NCBI GenBank assembly: GCA_964057225.1
Contig: OZ059895.1
Coordinates: forward strand, 12,338,001 to 12,402,000
Length of the DNA: 64,000 nt
From: Auanema rhodensis
Taxonomy: Eukaryota; Animalia; Nematoda
Direction: 5' to 3'
The first letter of the stretch is position 1, and every line of letters begins with the position of its first letter. The notes under the pieces were generated by a model. The model searched no databases. It saw nothing but the letters and a program-made list of their open reading frames with translations, and was not told where the DNA came from. The position numbers were made by a program, and so were the translations under genes. Of this stretch, positions 1 to 12,574 are shown one piece after another.

Positions 1-101
1 GGGATTTAGATGTAACGTGGAAAATTACATAACTAACATGAAATTGGAAAAAAAACAATAACGAGGATAAGTATGTAAATCATTGAATATCAGGTATTTT
101 T

Positions 102-555
102 GCTTACGACCATACCACGTTGAAAGTACGCCATCCCGTCCGATCTGGCAATTCAAGCAACGTTGGGCCTGTCACGGTCAACGTGAAAATACGAACTTTA
201 TTGTGTTAACGTTTTGTTCGTATTTTTTGTATTAACTCCACCCCCTTTAACCATCTGGTGCCTCCCTATAAAAGGGAGAACCAAATGGTTAAAATTTTTA
301 TGTCTCACTAATTTTGTATTGATTTTAGGAATTTCTTGGAAATTCTTAAATCAATCCACTTGTTCAATTTACTGTTGTTGCATTTGTTGAATAAACCTTT
401 CTTCATTTAACTTGTCTTAACGCATAATACCGCACTCATACGAACCGACTCCATACTTGGACTGATACTTGGAGGTAATAGTCCAGTTGTCAAGCGACAG
501 GGCCCGGTTAGTACTTGGATCGGAGACGGCTTGAAAATCCCGGGTGCCGTAAGCT
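102..555 (+). pseudogene. 5S rRNA gene interrupted by a solo LTR after nt 68
   Basis: 5S nt 1-68 at 102-169 and nt 69-119 at 505-555; GGGCC duplicated at 165-169 and 500-504. Confidence 0.95.
170..499 (+). mobile_element. BEL/Pao solo LTR (330 bp) with 5-bp TSD GGGCC
   Basis: TGTC...GACA termini; TATAAA ~267 and AATAAA 390-395; 3' three-quarters near-identical to the LTR at 8940-9277 that ends a BEL/Pao element. Confidence 0.92.
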
Positions 556-965
556 TTTCAAATTTTTTTAACGATCGTACCACGTTGAAAGTACGCCATG
601 CAGCTGATTTTCAATTTTATCTCTTTCGTAACAAATGTTTTTAATTTTCCAGCAGTTTTACTTAGATAGCTCAACCCAAGGCATCAAAATATCTTCAATC
701 TTATTCCTATATCACAGTTATAAACCAGTAGTTTATGAACCTTCATCTTAACTTTACTGTTTCTATCTATTTCCTATTGAAACAAACATTGTTTAAACAC
801 TATACAACTGTATAACCTTTTCTAATTTATTGTTATTAGATCTCATAAGATTTGATATCATCGAGGGATTTAGATGTAACGTAGAAAATTACATAACTAA
901 CATGAAATTGGAAAAAAAACAATAACGAGGATAAGTATGTAAATCATTGAATATCAGATATTTTC

Positions 966-994
966 GCTTACGACCATATCACGTTGAAAGTACG
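966..994 (+). pseudogene. 5S rRNA 5' fragment (nt 1-29) cut by a MULE terminus
   Basis: GCTTACGACCATATCACGTTGAAAGTACG followed by unrelated sequence. Confidence 0.85.
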
Positions 995-3515
995 GCCTTT
1001 TGACTTTGGCACAGAAATACGTTGACACAATCAAGGCACAGCACTTTGGCACAAGTTATATACTTTGACACAGAAGAAATTTTAAATTAATACTTTGGCA
1101 CAGCTATTATATTTTATTTTTTTTGGGACTTTTCTTTTTAATTTCCAAATTAATATATTTTATCTTATTTTCGAGTTTTTCTATATATTTTTCCGAGTTT
1201 TTCAAAATTTTTATAATTCTTCCTGAAACCAAATATTTATTCATGATTCTCTTAAACAAAGCTCTAAAACTTTTTGAATAATTCTGAAATTTTTAAAAGA
1301 CAAATGAAATTTTCAAAAATTAAGATGATTTGGTTTATTTTGAATTTTTTTGAAACAGTCAATTCAAATGACAAATCACAAGAAGAAATTGTGGAACTGA
1401 AAATTTAATGATGAATAAAAATTCATTAAAAAAAATTAAAATTCAACCAACTTAGCAAGTGCTTGTATTTTTCTCGATTTGTTCTGCTTGCTGAAAATAT
1501 GACCTTTTCTTTTACTCAGTTTGCATCCTTGTTGAGGTTCCATCTGATCCGCTATAATCTGTCTCACGGTTATGCTTTCACTTGCATCCGAGAGAGAATT
1601 GATTATTTCGGATTGCATCTCGTTCTCCAAAGAATTCAAAACAGCAATACTGAAAACTATAAGCATTAGTGAAAGTCCTGTAGTTGTGATTCACCTGTGG
1701 ATACAAAGTCTTAAGTTTGTCTTTTTTTAACGCATAGCAGGGATTGACAACTTAATGTTTTTTTCTGAGAATCGAAAAAAATATGACAACAACTGAAACA
1801 AGCCTTCCGTCAATATTTATGAAAAAAACGCACAAATGTTTGTTATCTGAATCTAAAAGGAAAAAATTGTCTACTGATTTGAACACAGTCATCCTAGACA
1901 CAGCTTTAGCGAAGGCTTCACGGTTTGTTTTATGAACTAAAACATATTTCTGAATATTTTTGTCTTACCGAGAAAAACTTACGATCCATGACCCAGTCGG
2001 GAATAGAGGACAAAAAGTCCGGGAAAAAAAATCTGATAATCCAAAACTTTGCAATAGATGAGTTTTTTCAGAAAAGTTCATCCTTTGCCAGGTTGAAAAG
2101 TCTACACCGCATGATGTGGTGAACTTAGACTGCTTACCTATAACAGCATTCACTCGTTCTTTCAACTCTTCTGAATACATGTTTATCAGTCTTAACTGAA
2201 TCAAAAAAAACCTTCATGCATATGCAAAAAATCGTTTAAAAGTTTCTCCGCTGGTTTTTTGGTACAGATTAAAAGTTTTATCTCTGCGTTTTTGCTCTCA
2301 ATTATGTTTGTTGAAACATATTGTATGGGCCATCCAGCCAATAAACGAGAATACATAGAATTGTATTCAAAAAGACTATTGGAGTTCAAAATCAACCTGA
2401 AAAATATTTTTTTTATTATCATTAAGTAAGAATTACCAATTTTTAATGTTTCCTTCAGTTTCCGTTAATAACTTAAACATTTCACGATCATATTCTTCTC
2501 GTTTCAATAGGTTCAATATTCCACTACGAAGAATCTCACCTGTCTGTTTCTGAAACTGTTAACGGTTATTTTTTTTTTAGACCCAAAACACTTTCTTTTT
2601 GAGTAGATTCAAACAATTTTTTTTTAAGATGTTCATAATCAATTAAATTTTTATCCTTCATCAAAGCTGATTTCATATTTGTCAAACGATGAACGGAACA
2701 TCGCAAAAGTTTGGCATCTTTTAAAACGGCTCCCTACATGGTTTATAAATTTTTACAGCTTTAGTGAACTAATACCGTTTGATACACCTGGAACGACTGT
2801 TCACCATCGTGAATGATAGTATTCACAGTTTTGTTAGGGCAGTATTTTTAAAGCTTGCGGTTGATGAAACTGCTCAATTTTTCATGAACTGCTGTTTCCT
2901 TTGATGAGTGTATCATATAGCATAGAAGAATACTGCTATTCTTTCCCGAACTTTTATTTCTGAAAAGATGTTATAGATTATTCAACAAAAATCAACTGAA
3001 CTTGAACGTTTCCGATATACCAAGAACAATGGTAACAAGTTCAGCAGAAGAAAGCTCAAAAGTTGTATCTATCATTAAACGTTTCCAATGCATGGTATAC
3101 TTCCACTTTGATTGCATGTTTGTAAAAAATCATCTAAATGAAAAAGTAATTACGTGAGCATGAGAACTGAAAAAATCTGACTGAAATAAAGAAGTCCATC
3201 TTCTGAATTCATCATCTGAATTTTCTTAACAGCTTCCCTATGGTCTATAACATCAGATAAGTATGGAAAACATTCGTTGAAGCATTTGAAACTATTGGGA
3301 AACCCAACAATAATCGTGAGTTGAACGTCTCCAGATTCTTCTAAAAATGAAAATGAAACAGAACTAGTCAAAAACGTACCTCTAATAATTTCCGGTTCAA
3401 TCTCCTCATTTTTATTAATATTTTGTATATGTCTATCCAATATTGAATGGAAGTTCGTAGCTGACTTCTTACCTATTTTTGTTTTAACATGAGTATCTAC
3501 TCTTCTAGAAATACT
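995..3515 (-). mobile_element. Decayed, truncated Mutator-like (MULE) DNA transposon; only one terminus visible
   Basis: Terminus with about five CTTTGGCACAG-like subterminal repeats (1004-1103). Minus-strand fragments LMIDTTFELS (~3050-3080), IIHDGEQS (~2795-2817), STNIIESKNAEIK (~2280-2317) and a SWIM-like C..F...C.H (~1780-1835) fit a MULE transposase; many stops and frameshifts. Confidence 0.65.
1436..3440 (-). pseudogene. MULE transposase pseudogene fragments
   Basis: Collinear minus-strand ORF pieces (3150-3440, 2201-2422, 1965-2204, 1436-1666) plus DTTF, DGE and TNxxESxN motifs. Confidence 0.55.
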
Positions 3516-3518
3516 CGA

Positions 3519-5205
3519 GACCTATCTCGAGGAGCTTGTCTCCAAGAACTAAATGATTCTATGTGGATTAAAGGACCACAATGGTTAACCCAAACAAAAT
3601 CACTTTGAAGAAATTGAATATGAGCCTATTTGGAATATAACAACCTTGATCGATACCGTTGAACAACAACAAATAACACAAATACCAGTTGAAGATATAT
3701 TTAAATTACGTAGCAACAACTATACCTTACTGAAAACTATAGCTAAATTAAGTAAATTCTTGAGACATTGGATCATAAAAGTTCATCCCACAGCTACAAC
3801 AAGGTTAAATAAGGTAACGCTATTAGATAAAAACTGGCAAACTACAGCTAATGATATTGAGATTATAACCAAATTATTAATAAGTAAAGCACAACAGCAT
3901 GTAACAATAGATCTCCTCACGAAAAAACATGAAGGTTTTGTATTTTTTCTCGATGAAGAAATAATCAGAGTTCGTAGTAGATTGAACAACTCGGAATTAC
4001 CATTTGGAACTCAAAATCCCGTATATCTTCCAAGAGATTCTCCGTAGACAGAACACATAATTATGCATTTACACAGAGAATGCATGCACCAAGGGCGAGA
4101 TTTTGTTCTAACACTCTTGCGTCAAAAATACTTTTTAAGTAGACCATCAAGCATAGTCAGATCAGTTCTCAAAACATGCACAATCTGCAATAGATACAAC
4201 GCTTTGCCGTTTGGAACGTCCTTAATGCCAGCATTGCCTAAGGATAGAGTAATTCTAACAAAACCATTCATGAGTACAGGTTGTGAGTTATTAGGTCCAA
4301 TAACCATAAAGGATGGTAAAAAGATATTTATATGTCTGTTTACTTGTTTAGCTATAAGAGCTATACACCTAGATAGTTTTTGACCAATCAACAAAGGCAT
4401 TCTTAAACGCTTTTGAAAGGTTCATTGGAAGAAGAGGTATTCCAGAAATAATACGAAGTGATAATGGAGGAAACTTCTTATTAAGTGCTAAAGTAATAGA
4501 GTTTTACACAGAAAACCATGAATCAAAAAATGAAAAAACATTAACCAATTATCTTGCCGAAAAGAATATTAAATGGTACTTCAACACACCACAGGCTCCA
4601 TGGAAAGGTGGAACATGGGAAAGACTAGTAGGACTAACAAAGTTAGCACTATACAAAACAATTGGAAATAGATTAATGTCAATTGATGATATACATACAG
4701 TAATTGTAAAAATCGAAACAATTTTGAATACTCGCCCGCTTACACATCCGAACCCATCCAACCTGAACATTTTGCCTATCAGACCTTGTGATTTTTTAAA
4801 CTGTTCCATCAGGTTTACACTTTCTGCAAACGTATCGAATACCCGAATTTATGATAAAACTATCAATAGCAGGACAATACAAACTATAGAGCAAGCCATT
4901 GAAGCAATAGAGTTATCTAACGATATAACTCAATTATTCTGGAAAAAATTCTATTCCGAGTATTTACTTTATCTTAGAGATATTTACAAACACAACAGAA
5001 AACAACCTGCAACGAATGCTAAGAAACCACAAGAAGGAGAAGTTATTATAATACAAAATGATAATTCAAGTAGAGGTAAATGGAAATTAGGACGCATAAT
5101 AGAACTGATAAAAAGTGCAGATGGGGAAGTTAGATCTGCAAAACTAATAACTGGCACTGGTCTTATAACAACTCGTTCATTAAACCACATATATCCACTA
5201 CAAGT
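3519..5205 (+). pseudogene. BEL/Pao pol C-terminus: integrase (HHCC, core) and DUF5641-like domain, disrupted
   Basis: HRECMHQG...CTICNR; SDNGGNF; APWKGGTWERLV; LNTRPL; FWKKFYSEYL...WKLGRI. In-frame stop at 4045-4047 and frameshift near 4375. Confidence 0.9.
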
Positions 5206-7606
5206 GAGAAACGCAGAAGCAGCACCGTTTGCGTCAGAACCTCACTTAATGAGATACAATAAAAAATATCAAGTGAATCTATTTTCAATCACCGGAACGG
5301 TAAAACAAAAAGGAAAGCGGGTTGAAAATGTTGAAAATATTGAACACCTTGAAAACACTCAAGAAAGTGAACAAAATAACGATGTAATACCTCTCGACAT
5401 CTATACACCCAACATGAATATCTTGAACGAAGCAGGAAACGAAAGTGATTCTAATGTTACGAACTTAGAGCAAGCGGAAGATCAAACAAATGAGATAACT
5501 CTGCAAACCGAAAACGAATCCACACCATCAAATCTGAATAGATGGTTCAAAACAAAAACACAAGGTAGTCAAGCAGCGGTAAGAAGTTATTTTAAGAAAA
5601 ATAAAATGAAAACGAATGTTCCAAAAGTAGCTCTTCTTGGAATAATTCCAACGGTTGAGGCTACATGCCAATCCTCTGAATTGCTAACAGCGGAAGCATT
5701 ATATTTCCCTCAATGTAATCCATTAACGACCTTGATAACATTTTTCATACCAATTATACTATTATTTACTATATTAGCAATTTGTAAAAGAGTATTGAAA
5801 GCTTATAAAAATGACCAATATTGGTATAAATTTTTAAATGATAATTGGCAAACGATACTAACCGAAGTTAGAAGTGGAAAACCTGATTCAAAAATTTTAA
5901 CAAGTTCAGACGATGTAGTCGTACAAAAGGAAAACACAGTAACCACGAAGTTTGACAATGTAACTCCAAAATGGAAAAATGATATTCCAGAAACTATTAA
6001 AATTCCAAATTACATGAGAACATCATCATTCACTTCATTACAATTATCCATAGCGCTCATGGTATTATTAATAACAGTGGAATCTTGTTCAAACTCACAT
6101 ATTAAGCATTCAATAAATATAATTTGCATTAATCGAACAAATTGTTATCAAGAATATGATAATGAAATCATTTTCAATAAAGGCATAAGAGACGCTTGCT
6201 TAGAATTCATTTATCAAAATAAATCTATCGGCAAAATAGAAATAACGAAAAAACCAACAGAAAACATTTGCCAGAAAAGTACGCTATATTATACTCGAGA
6301 AAGCACAATTCAATACAAAACTCAATATTCCTGTTATGGAACAGGATCTTGTAATCACACTTGTGAAGCTATAAATCCTATTGGACAATTACAAGAATTT
6401 GATAAAAAAGAAGGACCAACACAAGTTGGTTGTGCTAGGCGATGTGGCTCTCTTTTCTGCGGATGTTGGTCTTTAGAAGACGGTTGCTCATTCTATCAAA
6501 CCAAATTCAAACCAATCAATGAAATAGTTTATGAAATAGTAGAATGTGATTCTTGGGAAATAATTATATCATTAGAGGTAAAGTATGATCTATTTAAACA
6601 CAAAGCCAATATTAATATTCTTTTAAAACCATACGACACTGTTAATTTTCCAAACTTTAATATAAGCTCAATCTCCCATATTGTGCCACCAACCCGATAT
6701 TTGAACACCAAATATGCATTATCAACCATAAACAGTTACTACATGGAACCTCATACTATGAGTGAAGTAGCATGCAAAACCAAATATCAAACTACAAATG
6801 AATTTAACTCTTGTAAAATACTGAAGTTATGTAACTGTAAAATATCAAAAAGGGAAGAGCTAACATGTACCTGTCCATCTGATAATATTTTCAATCAGGC
6901 GAACTTATTACCCATGAACACCAAGAACACCTTAATTACCATGAAAGAAAACAAGTTAACACTTATTCCTCAAACTGATGAATCAACTGTTGTTCTTCAA
7001 CTACAAGGGAATGTGTCGTCTCGTACTTTCCTGTACGACTTTCCTTGTCGACCGGAATTTAAAAAACTTTCCGGGTGTCACAGCTGTAGAAGAACGGCTG
7101 TTGCCGAGTTTATGTGTATATCACAAAAGGATTCTTGGATCACAATGCAATGTAGTGAGAACATATACATGATTGAATGCGCTCCACACATGCCACTTAC
7201 AGCTGTGGAATATTATTCAGAGAATTCTGAAATCTATGAAGAATGCTTTGTAACATGTGCCAATGAAAAACACCGCATGATCATACAAGGAACCTTACAA
7301 TGAGATAGTAAAATTCCAGACGTTGAAAAAACAATCATGAACATTGTGACAAATGCCAACACCTGGAGAAACATTCTAAATGTAGTTAAAACAAACTGGG
7401 CATTATCAATATGCTTACTCCTGATAATTGTTTTTATACCAGTATTATCTTATATAATAGGGGTACAAACAATCATTATAATAATCATAAGCATACAAAA
7501 ACTAATCATTCAGATAATAAAAATTGTGATGATAATTACATCATTAATGAGAAAAATGCTCAGAAATCCTAGACACAGAGCTGAGTCTAGCACAAATAAA
7601 AATTAA
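4676..7606 (+). pseudogene. Integrase C-terminus fused to env: short Gn remnant plus phlebovirus Gc-like class II fusion glycoprotein with C-terminal TM
   Basis: Signal-like LSIALMVLLITVES then Cys-rich ectodomain with CYGTGSC and CGSLFCGCWSLEDGCSFY (fusion-loop-like). Premature TGA at 7301-7303; the 7337-7606 hydrophobic TM ORF is in the same frame. Confidence 0.82.
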
Positions 7607-7737
7607 AACAGTAATCTTACTGTAGTAATAATAAAAAAAAATAAAAAAAACTTTATTAATTAGCTATAAGAACAATTTAAAAACACTTAAAAAAAAAAAA
7701 AAAAAAAACAAAAACACTATATATTTGAAGTTACAAG

Positions 7738-8310
<573 letters not shown>

Positions 8311-8445
8311 CTGCAACAACTACAACTATAAAAAAAATTTTTTTTTGAATCTAAAGAAAACAATAGAAAAATTCAAGGGGGAGGTACAAAAATCTAGTAT
8401 AAATAGAGATAAATTTTACAAATACTTCAGTTGCGGACGATCATT

Positions 8446-8931
8446 ATGACCGAACCTACTTCGGTCAGAATGAACAATAACCTCCTATCAATCATCGATG
8501 ATTTGAAGCTTTCAAATATGGAGCAGCTTCCAAGCGAACCGCTAAAACTGAAGCATATTATTATTCTTGAAGAAAAGAGTCGTCTTCCTGCGTCCAACAT
8601 TGAAGCTGCTCTGGAGCAACTAAACGCAAAGATTGATCAACTCTATTTGCAATCGCAGCTTCTCCTCAACAATACCAACAATCTAGCCAACCTAAAGAAC
8701 CCTAACTCATGCGTATTCTGTGAATCAACTCCTGCCGACGGCCATCGCTCGTTCAACTGTCCAGTATATCCAACTGCCCACCACAGATCACTTAGATGTA
8801 ACCATCTAAGAATCTGTGTGAAATGCTTGGCCCCCGCGCACATGGACGACTGCAACATAACCTGCAGTCGCTGTCAAGGAACAGATCATCATTCTGCTCT
8901 CTGCTCAGCAAACAAAAAAAAAAGACTTTAA
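8446..8931 (+). CDS. BEL 3' accessory ORF: coiled-coil plus Gag-like triple Cys/His knuckle and basic tail
   Basis: Intact ORF with CVFC...H...C, CVKC...H...C, CSRC...HHSALC and KKKRL; upstream TATAAA (~8398) and TTCAG acceptor (8426-8430). Confidence 0.8.
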   Translation: MTEPTSVRMNNNLLSIIDDLKLSNMEQLPSEPLKLKHIIILEEKSRLPASNIEAALEQLNAKIDQLYLQSQLLLNNTNNLANLKNPNSCVFCESTPADGHRSFNCPVYPTAHHRSLRCNHLRICVKCLAPAHMDDCNITCSRCQGTDHHSALCSANKKKRL

Positions 8932-8939
8932 GCGCGGAC

Positions 8940-9277
8940 TGTCACGGTCGACGTGAAAGAATATGTAAGTTTCATACTGATTTTCACTCATTCTTACTTT
9001 GTTTTGCAAAAACATTCTCCTCCCCTTGATCCATCTGGTGCCTCCCTATAAAAGGGAGAACCAGATGGTTAAAACTCATGTCTCACCAATTTTGTATTGA
9101 TTTTAGGATTTTCTAGGAAATTCTAAAATCAATCCACTTGTTCACTTTACTGTTGTTGCATTTGTTGAATAAACCTTTCTTCATTTAACTTGTCTTAACG
9201 CATAATACCGCACTCATACGAACCAACTCCATACTTGGACTGATACTTGGAGGTAAAAGTCCAGTTGTCAAGCGACA
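8940..9277 (+). repeat. BEL/Pao 3' LTR (338 bp)
   Basis: TGTC...GACA; homologous to 170-499; followed by GGGCC and the 5S 3' half. Confidence 0.92.
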
Positions 9278-9333
9278 GGGCCCGGTTAGTACTTGGATCG
9301 GAGACGGCTTGGGAATCCCGGGTGCCGTAAGCT
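9278..9333 (+). pseudogene. 5S rRNA 3' half (nt 64-119) flanking the BEL insertion
   Basis: GGGCCCGGTTAGTACTTGG...GTAAGCT directly after the LTR. Confidence 0.92.
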
Positions 9334-9743
9334 TTTCAAATTTTTTTAACGATCATACCACGTTGAAAGTACGCCATGCAGCTGATTTTCAATTTTATCT
9401 CTTCCATAACAAATGTTTTCAATTTTCCAGCAATTTTACTTAGATAGCTCAACCCAAGGCATCAAAAAATCTTCAATCTTATTTCTATATTACAGTTATA
9501 AACCAGTAGTTCATGAACCTTAATCTTAACTTTACTGTTTCTATCTATTTCCTATTGAAACAAACGTTGTTTAAACACTATACAACTGTGAAACCTTTTT
9601 CAATTTATTGTATTTGGAGCTCATAAGATTTGATATCATCGAGGGATTTAGATGTAACGTGGAAAATTACATAACTAACATGAAATTGGAGAAAAAACAA
9701 TAACGAAGATAAGTATGTAAATCATTGAATATCAGGTATTTTC

Positions 9744-9862
9744 GCTTACGACCATACCACGTTGAAAGTACGCCATCCCGTCCGATCTGGCAAGTCAAGC
9801 AACGTTGGGCCCGGTTAGTACTTGGATCGGAGACGGCTTGGGAATCCCGGGTGCCGTAAGCT
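9744..9862 (+). rRNA. 5S rRNA
   Basis: Full 119 nt nematode-type 5S with C-box and TTTT terminator. Confidence 0.95.
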
Positions 9863-10272
9863 TTTCAAATTTTTTTAACGATCATGCCACGTTGAAGAAA
9901 CGCCATGCAGCTGATTTTCAATTTTATCTCTTCCGTAACAAATATTTTCAATTTTCCAGCAGTTTTACTTAGATAGCTCAACCGAAGGCAGCAAATTATC
10001 TCTAATCTTATTCCTATATTACAGTTATAAACCAGTAGTTTATGAACCTTCATCTTAACTTTACTGTTTCTATCTATTTCCTATTGAAACAAACATTGTT
10101 TAAACACTATACAACTGTATAACCTTTTCTAATTTATTGTATTTAGATCTCATAAGATTTGATATCATCGAGGGATTTAGATGTAACGTAGAAAATTACA
10201 TAACTAACATGAAATTGGAAAAAAAACAATAACGAGGATAAGTATGTAAATCATTGAATATCAGATATTTTT

Positions 10273-10391
10273 GCTTACAACTATACCACGTTGAAAGTAC
10301 GCCATCCTGTCCGATCTGGCAATTCAAGCAACGTTGGGCGCGGTTAGTACTTGGATCGGAGACGGCTTGGGAATCCCGGGTGCCGTAAGCT
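10273..10391 (+). rRNA. 5S rRNA (variant with several substitutions)
   Basis: Full length; differs at several positions, including GGGCG instead of GGGCC. Confidence 0.85.
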
Positions 10392-10814
10392 TTTCAAATT
10401 TTTTTAACGATCATGCCACGTTGAAAAAACGCCATGCAGCTGATTTTCAATTTTATCTCTTCCGTAACAAATGTTTTCAATTTTCCAGCAGTTTTACTTA
10501 GATAGCTCAACCCAAGGCATCAAAATATCTTTAATCTTATTTCTATATTACATTTATAAACCAGTAGTTTATGAACCTTCATCTTAACTTTACTGTTTCT
10601 ATCTCTTTCCTATTGAAACAAACATTGTTTAAACACTATACAACTGTGAAACCATTTTTAATTTATTGTATTTGAAGCTCATAAGATTTGATATCATCGA
10701 GGGATTTAGATGTAACGTAGAAAATTACATAACTAACATGAAATTGAAAAAAAAACAATAACGAGGATAAGTATGTAAATCATTGAATATCAGATATTTT
10801 CGCTTACGACCATA

Positions 10815-12075
10815 AGTAGAGAGCCATGCCGAATTTACTAACCACGCCCCCAAACAGTTGCTAAAAACATACTTTTGAGGGCGTCAGCTGCTAAAAACAT
10901 ACTTTTGGGGGCGTCAGCTGTCAAAATCATATTTTTGGCGTCAGCTGTCAAAAATATACTTTTCCTCCCGAGGCAGGCTCTCGAGCCTGCGCATGGATCA
11001 AAATGCATGATTTTAAATCTTTTTTAAATTTATTTTTTAATGTATTATTTTAAATGAATTTTTATTATTTATATATTTGTTAATTGTATTTGTAAATATT
11101 TTTAAAATTATTTCTTTTTAAATGTATTTTTAATATTTCTATATGTTTTAAATATTATTATTTAATTATTTCTTTTTAAATGTATTTTATATATTTTTAA
11201 AATATTATTAAAATTATCTCCTTTTAAATGTATTTTTAATATTTATACATTTGAATAAATTTTTTAATATATATTGTTTTTGTTTTAATTTATAAAATTT
11301 GAATAAATATAAATCTAATTAATATGTTCACCGTACCTCTTATGGGTTAATCAATGGAACTCATATCGAAGGTTAATTTGATAAGAAGTACTAAATATTT
11401 AAACTAAATTTAATGAAACACTTATCGAAGGTTAATTCGATCAGATATATTTTATATATTTATTTTTTAATTTTATTTGTTTACATTGTTTATAGATTGT
11501 GTTTATTATAGTTTATAATTATTAATTTAATTTTTAAAACGTTTGTTGTTTATCTAGGCGAACCATTTTGTTCACCGTACCTCTTATGGGTAATTCAATG
11601 GAACACATATCGAAAGTTAATTCGATAAGAACGATATGGAATACAAAAGTTAATGGAACACATATCGAAGGTTAATTCGATAAGAACGATATGAAATACA
11701 ACACAAATTGTTCATAAAACTATGATAAATAGCTGTACACCACATGTACCAAGTTGTCTAATATTTTCAAATTACATGAAAGTATAGTTTAAAGAACCTT
11801 TTTTTTTTAATTTTATATTAGTATATTCTAATATACTAACTCAATAAAACACATATCGAAGGTTAATTCGATAGGATTCACAAACAATTGTGTTGTTTCC
11901 AATGGAACACATATCGAAGATTAATTCGATAAGATCGTTAAAACAGGTGCGCTGACCCACACATGTACCACATGGCAAAAGTTTTGTTCATAAAAATATG
12001 ATAAATAGCTGTTCAGCACAAGTACCCATAACGTTGAAGAATACTTATTATGCCAAGGGGTCATGGGTATATACT
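10815..12075 (+). repeat. Maverick left TIR and subterminal repeats
   Basis: 10815-~11445 matches the reverse complement of ~30322-30965, and ~11930-12075 matches ~30190-30325; three ~30-bp direct repeats at 10860-10960. Confidence 0.88.
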
Positions 12076-12574
12076 TTTTAGTATCAAAAATGTTAATGGA
12101 ACACATATCGAATATCAATTCGATAAGATTGGTGAAACAGATACGTTGACCTACAATGAACCAAATGGCAAAGCACTTGTTCATTAAAGTATAACAAATA
12201 GCTGTATAGCATATGCATCAAGATTTCTAATATTCTCAAATTACGTGGAAAGAAGAGTATATAGAAAAAGTTTTAGTGTGTATATTACTAATATTCTGAT
12301 ACCCTAACTCAAAGAACACATATCGAAGATTAATTCGATAAGATTGTTGAAACCGGTACGCTGACCACAACAATACATGCGTATTTATTAACAACGGATT
12401 GGCAACTGCCACTGTTGACAGCTGCAATATGATACAATGTTGAGTGTTGGCAACATTGTTACGTGACAATAAAACAACTGACTGTTCTTGCAATGAAGTG
12501 TAATATAAATGTGTAAAATGAAATATGGATAACTACCTCTCAGAGTTTGAATAATTTTATTCTAACAAGATACA

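Noticed and set aside
9334-9743. SL1 spliced-leader gene in the 5S spacer
   Set aside because: No GGTTTAATTACCCAAGTTTGAG seen on either strand; only a short ACCCAAG coincidence
11350-12345. CRISPR-like array of palindromic repeats
   Set aside because: Eukaryotic Maverick terminus; spacing varies from ~55 to ~215 bp; intervening sequences resemble each other; no cas genes
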